Positions 21,233-30,915 of a stretch of DNA of 64,000 nucleotides are shown here, in pieces. Positions within the stretch are counted from its first letter, which is position 1. The number at the start of each line of letters is the position of its first letter. The stretch lies in NCBI GenBank assembly GCA_965209155.1, contig OZ242383.1, positions 416,001-480,000 on the forward strand, given 5' to 3'. The notes under the pieces were generated by a model. It saw nothing but the letters and a program-made list of their open reading frames with translations. It did not search any database and had not been told where the DNA came from. The stretch is from a bacterium. GTDB taxonomy: Bacteria > SAR324 > NAC60-12. The translations under genes were made by a program, and so were the position numbers.

Positions 21233-21779
21233 AAACCACCAGCTCTGCTGGTGCGAACCTAATAGGCTTTGCCGGTCAGACATGAGAAACGTATCCGTGT
21301 CCGTTAGCCGTGCTCGTGAACGGTCAGTGAATTCGACGGCACATTTTGGTTAACATAGAAACAATGCGATGAAGTAACTGTTTTCCTTCGTCAAATAAAG
21401 GAGGCTGGATGATCTTCAACACGTTTAAAACATCGAGAATAGCAGCGCATTCCATTGCGGAACCTCGGGCCAATGCATAGAATCGTTGCTTGTCAGGAAA
21501 GGAATTTTTTCCACAGCCTTCTGCGATATTGAGAGGAATCGACCATGAGGCCCTTTTCAGTTGGTCAACTAAGGCTGAGTATCCTTTTGGCAATGTTTCG
21601 ATGACTTGGACAGATAACGCTAAAAATTCGATGGAACATTGGTATACATCGAGTTTTTCATGATCTAACATGGCAGCCTTTTTCGTTCACGAGCACGAGC
21701 ACGTCTTACGATGACGAACACGTTTTGCCCTCATACTGGGGGCCTCTTCAAGCCACCGGCTCTGCCGGTGGTGATGACT
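21233..21779. mobile_element. Putative non-autonomous element with IS200/IS605-like hairpin ends enclosing a four-helix-bundle gene
   Basis: Left aaaccaccagctctgctggtg, right ttcaagccaccggctctgccggtggtgatgact; inner 14-bp inverted repeat at 21309-21322 and 21684-21697. Confidence 0.5.
21324..21671 (-). CDS. Four-helix-bundle protein (23S rRNA IVP / Avd-like family)
   Basis: HEKLDVYQ, DQLKRASWSIPLNIAEG, ARGSAMEC. Confidence 0.9.
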   Translation of the reverse strand: MLDHEKLDVYQCSIEFLALSVQVIETLPKGYSALVDQLKRASWSIPLNIAEGCGKNSFPDKQRFYALARGSAMECAAILDVLNVLKIIQPPLFDEGKQLLHRIVSMLTKMCRRIH

Positions 21780-21914
21780 TTGATAAAAACCTCACTTAAC
21801 ACCCCTTGACATGGGAAGGATTGTTTTTTTTAACAGACTCTGAATTGAAATTTCTATGAACAACTGTAAATTTTCACCCGATCTTTTCCCCATTTTCCTT
21901 GTTATTTTAGTACT

Positions 21915-22964
21915 ATGAAGCCTTTGCGGACTATCCAACAACTCAACCTGGCTCTTGCCTTCGTGTTCATCGTTGGCTGCACCTTTCAATATCAAGAAGG
22001 ACGGATACTTGAAGAAAAGGGACGATTGGAAGAGGCTGCCATTGCCTACCAATCGGCCTCTAATGAGGATCCGGGTAATGAAGAGATTCTGGAAGCATTA
22101 CAACGTAACAACATAAAACTGGCAGAAGAAAATATTCAACGCTATAAAAATTTTTTAGACCAGGAGCAGTTTCAGAAAGCATATCGTCGCTTGGAAGCCG
22201 CACTGATTCAAAACCCCGCATCCATCGAGGTGCAATCGGAACAATCTCACTGGCATAAAATATTGATTGCGGGGAAAATTATGTTTCAATTTGATCGCCT
22301 GCGAGCAAACATTCGATTGGCGGACGAAATGCAGCTTCAAATCCTCATTAATTCTCCTTCCGGACAAGTCTTGACTGCGAATATTTCCAATGAAACAGGA
22401 ATATTTTTCATAGAAGATTTGTTGTACCAGGCGGACCTTCAAAAGATCTCCCTCTATTCAATTAATGCCATCGGATTGAAACTGGAGCAGGTCACAGACA
22501 AGCAAAGAATCAAGAGAGAATTCCAGAATTTCGTAAATTTCTCCGGTCTGCTCTTTGAAGGCAGTACCGGGAAACTAAACATTCCATCCGAGGCCCTTCC
22601 GCAAGGGATTTTGGCGCATCGCATTCAACTGGTCGATCCCCAGTCTGCCGCCGTCCCCCCTTGGTTCCCTCCCCGCCTTATACGCTATTCTCTCCAATTC
22701 CAAGGTGATCAAATTCTTGTGGTCACGTCGGAAAGAACCGAATTTATTCCGGATATGCTCTATCTCAATAATCTCCAGCAGCGTGCCTTCGTTGATTTTG
22801 GCGTCTATCGACTGACTTTGAATCCTCAATCACCAGAGTGGAGCATCAACAAAGTGCCGTATCAAAGCCCTGAGGAAGACTATTTTCCACAATTTTCCAA
22901 AAACCTCGCACTCTCTCCCTATTTTTTCTATAGGGAAGGCGCATATCGGTATCTGAAAAAGTAA
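21915..22964 (+). CDS. Hypothetical lipoprotein with N-terminal TPR-like helices
   Basis: Lipobox IVGC; TPR-like LEEAAIAYQSA. Confidence 0.65.
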   Translation: MKPLRTIQQLNLALAFVFIVGCTFQYQEGRILEEKGRLEEAAIAYQSASNEDPGNEEILEALQRNNIKLAEENIQRYKNFLDQEQFQKAYRRLEAALIQNPASIEVQSEQSHWHKILIAGKIMFQFDRLRANIRLADEMQLQILINSPSGQVLTANISNETGIFFIEDLLYQADLQKISLYSINAIGLKLEQVTDKQRIKREFQNFVNFSGLLFEGSTGKLNIPSEALPQGILAHRIQLVDPQSAAVPPWFPPRLIRYSLQFQGDQILVVTSERTEFIPDMLYLNNLQQRAFVDFGVYRLTLNPQSPEWSINKVPYQSPEEDYFPQFSKNLALSPYFFYREGAYRYLKK

Positions 22965-22991
22965 GAACTTTTCTTTCTCTAGATTGAAATT

Positions 22992-24227
22992 ATGAAACAA
23001 TTGTTTTCAATAGGAGTATTGTGGTTCTTCATGAATTCTCAGTTAACGGCGACTCCGGGAGTGACTGAACGTGAAATCCTCATCGGCAGTCATCAACCCC
23101 TGTCCGGACCAGCAGCTCAATTTTCAGTAATCAGCAAAAGCACTGAAGTTTATTTCAGGTATATCAACGACCAGGGGGGAATCCATGGCCGTCGTCTTCA
23201 ATATCTCTATTTGGATGACGGATTTTTACCTGAACAAACCCAGGAGGTAGTACGACGATTGGTATTACAAGAATCCATTTTTCTTTTACTCAATGGTATG
23301 GGTACCCGCCCCCATGCCTCTGTATCCGATTGGTTGCAATTATTAGAAATCCCGGATTTCTTTGTCGGATCCAGGGATACCCGATGGGTTGAACCTTTGA
23401 AAGAAACTGTATTTGGATTCTATCCAACTCCTCGGATCGAAGGAAGAATTTTGGCCAAACATCTGCTTAAAGCTTCTCGTGGAGGTCGAATTGTCGTTTG
23501 GTATCGTAATGATCCAACCATGAAGCAAACAAGCAAATTTTTTTCCGAGTTGTTGATGCAGGGACATTTTCAATGGGAGCAATCGCAAGTTCCGATAGGT
23601 GTATTTAACTTATTTTCCACTCATAGACAATTGAAGCGGCAGGATCTTTTTCAAGTGGAGCAGGTATCCCATCCTGTGACTGGGTTGGATTTGCGCGCAA
23701 GTATAGAGCAAATTAAAGAATTAAATCCTCGGATTTTAGTGCTTTTTACCACTCCGCAACCCGCTTTGGAATTACTCCGACAACTATACCGCTCGGGTTT
23801 TTCAGGAAGAATTTATTTGGGACTCAATTTGGCGGACAGCCGACTCTTGCAATCGGCAGGACCTCACGCCATGGAAGGAGTTTCAATGCTGACCGCTCAT
23901 CCACTTTCTTCTCAAAGGGAAGACCCTGGTATTCAATTACACTACGCATTGCTCAAGGAATATGCGCCTGAATTAGAAATGAGTCGCTGGACAATTTATG
24001 GACATGCAGTGGCTGAATTGATGGTGGAAATTTTGTCTCGCAGTGGCAGCGGACTGACCCGCAAGCAAGTGATCGAGACTGCTGAGCAGCTGGATCAATG
24101 GCAAGGACTGCTCAATCCTCCCATCACTCTCAACGCTCTAAATCATCTACCCATCACTCGATTGAGAGTGGTTCAAGTCAAATCGGGGAAATTTGAAATC
24201 ATTTCTGATTGGATAAATGGGCGATGA
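22992..24227 (+). CDS. Branched-chain amino acid-type ABC substrate-binding protein
   Basis: PGVTEREILIG, PLSGPAA, INDQGGIHGR, DD motifs. Confidence 0.85.
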   Translation: MKQLFSIGVLWFFMNSQLTATPGVTEREILIGSHQPLSGPAAQFSVISKSTEVYFRYINDQGGIHGRRLQYLYLDDGFLPEQTQEVVRRLVLQESIFLLLNGMGTRPHASVSDWLQLLEIPDFFVGSRDTRWVEPLKETVFGFYPTPRIEGRILAKHLLKASRGGRIVVWYRNDPTMKQTSKFFSELLMQGHFQWEQSQVPIGVFNLFSTHRQLKRQDLFQVEQVSHPVTGLDLRASIEQIKELNPRILVLFTTPQPALELLRQLYRSGFSGRIYLGLNLADSRLLQSAGPHAMEGVSMLTAHPLSSQREDPGIQLHYALLKEYAPELEMSRWTIYGHAVAELMVEILSRSGSGLTRKQVIETAEQLDQWQGLLNPPITLNALNHLPITRLRVVQVKSGKFEIISDWINGR

Positions 24228-24844
24228 CTTCTGTGATTCCCTTCCCTTGGCCTTCAGCAGCTGAATCTGAGATTCGATCTCACCTGCAAGATGGAAACAC
24301 TATTGTTTTTCCTACGGAAACTATCTATGCATTGGGTGGAAATGCTTGGTCGGCTCCTCTTGTGGAACGTATTTTTCAGGTTAAACAACGCCCCCGAGAA
24401 AAACCGCTTCTCCTATTGATAAATCCTATGTTGCTACCTCGATTCAGTATCAGGGCTTCAAAGCAAACGGAGAAATTGATCCGACAATTCTGGCCGGGGC
24501 CTCTGACCCTGATTGTTCCTGCTGATCAAAAACTTCCTCACTTCCTGAAAAGTCAGGGTGATACCGTGGCGATCCGTTATTCCAGTTCTCCCATTGTACA
24601 GAAACTCATTTCGCTAGGACGATGCCCGTTGATTGGCACAAGCGCAAATTTGAGCGACGAACCAGAGAATCGAAGGCCTGGCGACGTGATGCATCAACTT
24701 GGTGATGCCGTCGATTTATTGATTGATGGAGGAGAATCGCCGGGATCGCAACCTTCTACTATTATCGATTTGACCAAAAGGCCTTTTCGAATCGTCCGGC
24801 ATGGGCTCATCTCTGCTGAAGAATTGCAACCTTATCTTTATTGA
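24209..24844 (+). CDS. tsaC: L-threonylcarbamoyladenylate synthase (TsaC/Sua5/YrdC family)
   Basis: FPTETIYAL, KQRP..KPL, WPGPLT, TSANLS, PSTIID. Confidence 0.9.
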   Translation: MDKWAMTSVIPFPWPSAAESEIRSHLQDGNTIVFPTETIYALGGNAWSAPLVERIFQVKQRPREKPLLLLINPMLLPRFSIRASKQTEKLIRQFWPGPLTLIVPADQKLPHFLKSQGDTVAIRYSSSPIVQKLISLGRCPLIGTSANLSDEPENRRPGDVMHQLGDAVDLLIDGGESPGSQPSTIIDLTKRPFRIVRHGLISAEELQPYLY

Positions 24845-25485
24845 AACTCGGAATCATCGGGTTTGATGTTCCAATACTCTACGATCCAGTTTTGATTCTC
24901 TGTCACGAGTGAAGAAATGGCTCCTGTAGAAATTTTTAAGGAGTATTGGTCCCGGAATGCTTTAAAATTTCCTGTTAGATGAGAGGCAAATCTCGCAATA
25001 CCATTACTTGTCACCACCAAGACTGTTTGATCTGGATACATTTTACAAATTTTTCTGGCAAAGTCACGCCAGTTTTGAACAATTTTCCGGCAATCGATTC
25101 GCCACCCGGCAGGAACCATATTTTCGCTCTCCCAAGCTAGCAAGGATTCTTTTCCTATACGTGATATGATTGCTTCATCAGTTTTCCCTTCATCGACGTC
25201 ATAGTCGACTTCATCAAACTGAGATTGCGGTAACACGTCCAGAGCCAATTTCGCAGTCTTTACAGCCAGGCATGCCGTCTGGTACCCTCGTTTCAGTTTA
25301 CTGCTGTAGACCGCGCTCAGGTTCGGGTAATTTTTTCTTAAGAATTTTCCCAGCATAACCGCTTGCGCGCAACCACTTTCCGCCAGGGGAATATCCGTTC
25401 GAAGTCCCACGCGAACCGGAACTTCACCCGGTTTGAAGGTATTCCCATGCCTCGCAATCAATAATCGATTCATAAAGAAATTCAA
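24838..25485 (-). CDS. Histidine phosphatase (phosphoglycerate mutase-like)
   Basis: RHG motif, SSKLKR, C-terminal VLVVTSNG. Confidence 0.85.
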   Translation of the reverse strand: MNFFMNRLLIARHGNTFKPGEVPVRVGLRTDIPLAESGCAQAVMLGKFLRKNYPNLSAVYSSKLKRGYQTACLAVKTAKLALDVLPQSQFDEVDYDVDEGKTDEAIISRIGKESLLAWESENMVPAGWRIDCRKIVQNWRDFARKICKMYPDQTVLVVTSNGIARFASHLTGNFKAFRDQYSLKISTGAISSLVTENQNWIVEYWNIKPDDSEFQ

Positions 25486-25570
25486 CCTGAATTTTCAACA
25501 ACTCAAAACCACTTCGTCCGGCCAATTCAACATATACCCTTTCCCGATATGATTAGCGATAGGTAAAACT

Positions 25571-25780
25571 AACCTGAGTTCGAGATAAACATTTAATTAA
25601 TTCAATATGTTATGGGATTCTCATATCATAGAGTATCCGCGTCATTCCTGTGGAAGCAGGAATCCAGAGGCATGCAGCCAGAACGAAAACTGGATTCCTC
25701 CCGGGCTTGATCCGGGATCACGCAAAGTTGACAAATACTAAGATACTCATATTCTTGAAGAGTAATGTCGAACTCAGATT
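25571..25780. repeat. MITE-like element with terminal inverted repeats and nested REP-like hairpins; partial second copy at about 29254-29402
   Basis: aacctgagttcga ... tcgaactcagatt ends; gtcattcctg...ggaatccagagg(c/t)atgcagccaga shared with 29254-29300. Confidence 0.6.
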
Positions 25781-26124
25781 ATTTATCTTCTGAGATACAA
25801 ACGGCGTTCGAGCAGCTTCGATCTCCCCTCGCACTCCACACTCCTCCAAAGCCAAAAACGCCGCAACACCTGTCCTGAAACAGGTCAGAAAAAGAAATCA
25901 AAAAGAGATATTCCAATATCCTCAATAATATCAGTAATTTGAATTTCAATTCAAAAAAATTAAAAAAAGTGCTTGACATACTCTTTAAATAATATATATT
26001 GCACCTAACGCACCAATACGATTGCTTGAGGAGGAGAGAAAGTGAATCAGGTATTGTGGAAGCAATTCCTCCTCCCAAGGAATCTTATTTTCCTCATTCG
26101 TGTGGTCGAACGCACGATCTTTAA

Positions 26125-28161
26125 TTGCTCTATCATAGAAAGGCCATGATGCTTATTACAAAATTCCTGGCTCCCCTCCTGGGGCTGAACGTGGCAGACG
26201 TCGTGTCTGCTGCGAAAATCCGATTCGCCCCAAGACGGGTGAATCATTCCAAAAACCCTCAAATAAAAGAGGTAAATATGAGTATTTTAAAGAAACTTGT
26301 TGCCTCCATCAAGAGGCTGAACCCGGCAGGCTCCTGGTCTGCTGTACAAAAACTTGTTCCTGTAAACTTGTCCCTGCGAAAGCAGGGAGCGGGGACGCAA
26401 TCATTATTGCTCACCTTAACCCTGGTGGTGACCGCCTTTTGGGTCAGCCAGGCAGCCATGGCGGCTGAGAAAAAGATGGTCACAGATCCCACCACCGGGG
26501 AGATGGTAACCGCTCCGGAGTATGGCGGGACCTTGACCTATGTCCGCAAGCAGGTGGGTGAGCATACGGACGTCTATTTCATTAGTGGCTGGGCGAGCCA
26601 CTTCATCAGTGGCGTGCTCGAGAAGCTCAGCATCGCGGACTGGGGAATAGATCGGGACGTGGTTGACTGGAAAACCACCTACGTCCCTTTCAGTGGCTTA
26701 AAAGGGGCGCTGGCGGAAAGCTGGTCGCAACCCGATCCACTGACCTATGTCTTCAAAATCCGCCAGGGCGTTCACTGGCATGACAAGGCTCCCATGAATG
26801 GCAGAGCATTTACGGCCAAGGACGTCGAATATAACTTTCACCGCATGATGGGTCTGGGCAGCGGCTACACCGAACATAGCACCATGTTTGGACCACTGCA
26901 CACTTATCAATGGGAATCGATAATGGCCACCGATGATTCGACGGTTGTGATGAAGCTGAAGGAGCCACAGCCCCTGGCGCTATTCTTTATTGTCGACCAC
27001 TACAATGCTTTTATGTACCCTCCCGAGGTATTCGAGCAATACGGCGACGTTAAGGATTGGAAGAACCTGGTCGGCACCGGGCCCTTTATGCTGACGGACT
27101 ACGTCGAGGACAGCTCTATCACCTGGGACAAGAATCCCAACTACTGGGGTTTTGACGAAAAATACCCGGAGAACCGCCTGCCCTATATCGACCAGTTGCG
27201 GGGCGCGGTTATGCCGGAACCAGCCGTATTCGTAGCGGCCCTACGCTCGGCTAAGGTTGATTACGCAGGGACCCCCGGCGACTCTCAACTCAGGTCTATC
27301 GACCAGATAGAGAGCCTCAAGAAGACCAACCCCGAACTCGTGTTTCACTCGTATTGGTATCGTTCGGATAATTGTTTCACTTTTAACGTGGTGGATAAGC
27401 CGCCCTTTGACGACATCAGGGTGCGCAAGGCCATGCAGATGGCACTGGACCTCGAGACCATTAACCGTACCTTCTTTAAGGGTTATGGAAACTGGGAACC
27501 TGCCGGGCTGGTAGCGGCAGACATCAAAGGGTATACCACCCCATTTGCAGAGTGGCCCGAGGAGGTCAAGAAAGGCTATACCTATGACCCGGAAGGGGCC
27601 GGGAAGCTGCTTGATGAGGCTGGGTTTCCGCTCGGCTCGGATGGCATTCGATTCAAGACCGTCCTGAACGGTTCGTATCGGTGGGACCTGAACTACCTGG
27701 AATTAGCCGCCGCATACTGGAGTGAGATTGGCATCGTGGTAGAGATTAATCTCATGGATTCACAAGCGGCCATCCCGATGAGAAACGATGGGACTTATGA
27801 AGGTTTCTGGGCTACGGCTTCGGGCAACAGGTGGATACCTGTCGAGATAATGCGCGGGTATTACTCGAAAACTGAGTGGCAAAAGTGGCGGGGAATAGCT
27901 GAACCGGAATATGACGCCTTGTTTGAAGCCGCCCTGGCCACTGCCGACGTTGAAGAGCAGCAGAGGATGGTTAGGGAGTTGGATATGTACGGGATAGAGA
28001 GGCACTGGACAATATGGGGTCCCGAAACCCCACAGTTTAACGTGCACCAGCCGTGGGTCATAGGGTATAACGGTGAACTCTGGTTGGGAATCGGTCAACA
28101 TAATACCCCCTTCACCCGCCTCTGGATTGACCAGGACCTGAAGAAAGAAATGGGGCATTAG
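26125..28161 (+). CDS. Family-5 (DppA/OppA-like) ABC SBP, unit 1; likely start 26278
   Basis: PEYGGT, LAESW, IRQGVHWHD, GTGPF, PFDD.RVR.A, YDPE.A..LL.EAG. Confidence 0.92.
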   Translation: MLYHRKAMMLITKFLAPLLGLNVADVVSAAKIRFAPRRVNHSKNPQIKEVNMSILKKLVASIKRLNPAGSWSAVQKLVPVNLSLRKQGAGTQSLLLTLTLVVTAFWVSQAAMAAEKKMVTDPTTGEMVTAPEYGGTLTYVRKQVGEHTDVYFISGWASHFISGVLEKLSIADWGIDRDVVDWKTTYVPFSGLKGALAESWSQPDPLTYVFKIRQGVHWHDKAPMNGRAFTAKDVEYNFHRMMGLGSGYTEHSTMFGPLHTYQWESIMATDDSTVVMKLKEPQPLALFFIVDHYNAFMYPPEVFEQYGDVKDWKNLVGTGPFMLTDYVEDSSITWDKNPNYWGFDEKYPENRLPYIDQLRGAVMPEPAVFVAALRSAKVDYAGTPGDSQLRSIDQIESLKKTNPELVFHSYWYRSDNCFTFNVVDKPPFDDIRVRKAMQMALDLETINRTFFKGYGNWEPAGLVAADIKGYTTPFAEWPEEVKKGYTYDPEGAGKLLDEAGFPLGSDGIRFKTVLNGSYRWDLNYLELAAAYWSEIGIVVEINLMDSQAAIPMRNDGTYEGFWATASGNRWIPVEIMRGYYSKTEWQKWRGIAEPEYDALFEAALATADVEEQQRMVRELDMYGIERHWTIWGPETPQFNVHQPWVIGYNGELWLGIGQHNTPFTRLWIDQDLKKEMGH

Positions 28162-28168
28162 GGATGCC

Positions 28169-29134
28169 ATGAGAGCCTATATCATCAGGAGGATATTGCT
28201 CCTCATCCCCACCCTGTTCATCCTGACTATCCTGGTATTTCTCTCGGTGCGCTTCATCCCGGGCGACGTCGTGGATTTAATAATGGGTAGGATGGAATGG
28301 TATGGCACTGGCGGCGAGGAGATTGACCGTGATGAGGTCAGGCGTATGCTGGGATTGGACGTGCCTGTCTACGTCCAGTATGGACGCTGGATCGGAAATA
28401 TTATCCGGCACGGCAGCCTTGGCGAATCCCTGCTGGGCGGTTATGCGATCGAGGAGAAGATATTAGATAGATTGCCGGTCACCATTGAGCTGGGCGTCCT
28501 GGCCATCGTCATCTCGCTCTTGATAGCCCTGCCCGTCGGCATCTACTCGGCGATACGCCAGGATACGACCGCCGACTACGCAGGGCGCACCCTGGCCATC
28601 ATCGGCCTGGCCACGCCTAACTTCTGGCTGGCCCTGATGGTCATTATCTTCCCGGCCATCTGGTGGGGCTGGTCGCCCCCGACGGAGCTGGTTCCTTTCT
28701 CCGAAGACCCGCTGGGCAATCTCGCGGTGTTCCTCATTCCCAGCCTGATTCTGGGGACGGCCCTGTCGGCGGCCACCATGCGGATGACGCGTACGATGAT
28801 GCTGGAGGTGTTGCGGCAGGATTACATCCGCACTGCCTGGTCCAAGGGGCTCCGGGAGCGGGTCGTAGTGATCCGGCACAGCATCAAAAATGCCCTCATC
28901 CCGATCGTGACCCTGATCGGCCTGCAGTTGCCGATCCTGGTCGGGGGTTCCGTGATCATGGAGCACATCTTTAACCTGCCGGGGTTGGGTCGTCTGATGC
29001 TCACGGCACTCAATGACAGGGACTACCCGACGGTCTCCGGAGTGAACCTGTTTTTCGCCACCGTGGTGATCGCGGTCAATCTGATGATCGACCTGATTTA
29101 TCCCTATTTGGACCCCAGGATCCGGTATAAATAG
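28169..29134 (+). CDS. DppB/OppB-like permease, unit 1 (intact)
   Basis: RAYIIRR, QDYIRTAWSKGL, LDPRIRY. Confidence 0.93.
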   Translation: MRAYIIRRILLLIPTLFILTILVFLSVRFIPGDVVDLIMGRMEWYGTGGEEIDRDEVRRMLGLDVPVYVQYGRWIGNIIRHGSLGESLLGGYAIEEKILDRLPVTIELGVLAIVISLLIALPVGIYSAIRQDTTADYAGRTLAIIGLATPNFWLALMVIIFPAIWWGWSPPTELVPFSEDPLGNLAVFLIPSLILGTALSAATMRMTRTMMLEVLRQDYIRTAWSKGLRERVVVIRHSIKNALIPIVTLIGLQLPILVGGSVIMEHIFNLPGLGRLMLTALNDRDYPTVSGVNLFFATVVIAVNLMIDLIYPYLDPRIRYK

Positions 29135-29407
29135 TTGCTGGCGCGACAGGTATGAGGGGTTAGGCTGAAAGGGGAAGGCTGTCAGGGCATCAGTCATAAC
29201 TTCAGTCCTCAGCCTGGTATTTCAGGTGTTACGGAGTAATGAACCCCTTTTGTGTCATTCCTGGCTTGACCAGGAATCCAGAGGTATGCAGCCAGACCAG
29301 AAACCTGGATACCCGCTCCCCGCATTCGCGTGGACAAGTTTAGCGAGGATGACGTTACACTAGGATACTCCTATTATTGAAGATTTATGTCGAACTCGGG
29401 TTAAACT

Positions 29408-30376
29408 ATGAACAACACCCAAGAGATACCCTCTCCCATCCATGAGCCCAAACGACGGGGTTGGTTTGTGGATCTCTTCATCAGGCTTCTCAAGGAGAAG
29501 CCCATGGGCACCTTCGGCGGGATTGTCATCCTGATCTTGATTCTGGTGGCGATCTTTGCCGATGTTCTGGCTCCTTATCGTTATGATAAAATGCACCTGG
29601 CAGACCGGCTGCAGGGCCCATCAACCCAGTATCTCCTGGGGACCGACCAGTTGGGGCGAGATTTCTTGAGCCGCCTGATCGTCGGGGCTCGTCTTTCCAT
29701 CTATGTCGGTCTGGCCGCGACCACGGTTAATGTACTCGTCGCTCTCCTGGTCGGCGGCATTTCCGGATTCATTGGGGGTAAATTGGACCTGGCGGTGCAG
29801 CGCTTTGTCGATGCCTGGATGGCGTTCCCGGGCCTGCTCGTCTTGTTAACGATCATGTCCATCGCGGGGCGGGGATTGCCACAAATGATACTGGTCCTGG
29901 GGATCGCCGGAGGAATCAGCGGCTCCCGAGTGATCCGAAGCGCCGTGATCGCTATCAAAGAGAATGACTATTTTCTGGCAGCCCAGGCCGTGGGCACCCC
30001 CACAACTCAAATCCTCATTCGCCATGTCCTGCCCAATATTATCGCGCCCCTCATCATAATCTTCTCCATCAACATCGGGGGGGTGATTATGGCAGAGGCT
30101 TCCTTGAGCTTCCTCGGATTTGGTCTGCCCCCGAGCATTCCCAGCTGGGGTGGTCTGCTCAGCCGGGAAGGGCGTCAGTACATGGAGGTGGCCCCACGGC
30201 TGGCAATCTGGCCCGGGCTTTGCCTGACGATTGTCGTCTACTCCCTCAACATGTTCGGCGATGCCATGCGCGATCTGCTCGATCCCCGACTGCGAGGCGG
30301 CCAGGGCAGTTACGGCACTGCAAAGGTGAAACGCAAAAAAAGTCTCCTGGACCGACTGATCAACCCGTTCAAATAG
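29408..30376 (+). CDS. DppC/OppC-like permease, unit 1 (intact)
   Basis: LGTDQLGRD, RHVLPN, EASLSFLG, GDAMRDLLDPR. Confidence 0.93.
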   Translation: MNNTQEIPSPIHEPKRRGWFVDLFIRLLKEKPMGTFGGIVILILILVAIFADVLAPYRYDKMHLADRLQGPSTQYLLGTDQLGRDFLSRLIVGARLSIYVGLAATTVNVLVALLVGGISGFIGGKLDLAVQRFVDAWMAFPGLLVLLTIMSIAGRGLPQMILVLGIAGGISGSRVIRSAVIAIKENDYFLAAQAVGTPTTQILIRHVLPNIIAPLIIIFSINIGGVIMAEASLSFLGFGLPPSIPSWGGLLSREGRQYMEVAPRLAIWPGLCLTIVVYSLNMFGDAMRDLLDPRLRGGQGSYGTAKVKRKKSLLDRLINPFK

Positions 30377-30458
30377 TAAACTCACACAAAATTTTGAAAA
30401 CCCTCGCTTGCTGATGGGAAGCCTTGGCAAACACCACATTCAAGCGGTATGCATTGCG

Positions 30459-30613
30459 GGGGTAGGTGTCAAGTGAACCGCCTGGTTGGCACTTATTTTT
30501 TGAATTATTGCATGTGTGCTCGTCATGAGAATCTAAGGAAAGACCGTTTATTCATCCGGATCAATTCCTGCTTTTTTCAAAATGCCCATGAGCCTTTCTT
30601 TTTCAGCTCTTTC
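30459..30613 (-). pseudogene. Remnant of the Rpn gene 3' end plus half of its attC-like site (copy of 56196-56350)
   Basis: tcaagtgaaccgcctggttggcact...ccgtttattcatccggatcaattcctgc nearly identical to the full copy. Confidence 0.85.
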
Positions 30614-30915
30614 GTTTTCTAATTTGATAGATTTCAAGAAATCGCTTTGGGCTGAAGGATTTATTTCAATGTCGCTCATATTTTAGCCGAAAGTCATCTA
30701 AAACCTCATATCCTCACCAGAGGATTTTTAGAAACGGTCAACGGGGAATGGAAAAGTGTCAAAAATGTTGACTTCCGTATCTCAATGTGAAAAAAATATT
30801 TTCGTTGATCATCAGAAGACATTCATGAATGAGTCGCCCTGTTCAAAAAAACCTTGACCGTCATTTGCAGATCGATTATATATTATTTTATTCTAGGGAT
30901 GGAAGGGCAATAACG

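Noticed and set aside
28463..29197. Long antisense ORFs over permease and SBP genes (also 46791-47438, 52217-52945, 58591-59238)
   Set aside because: Expected antisense open frames in GC-rich coding DNA; no independent motifs.
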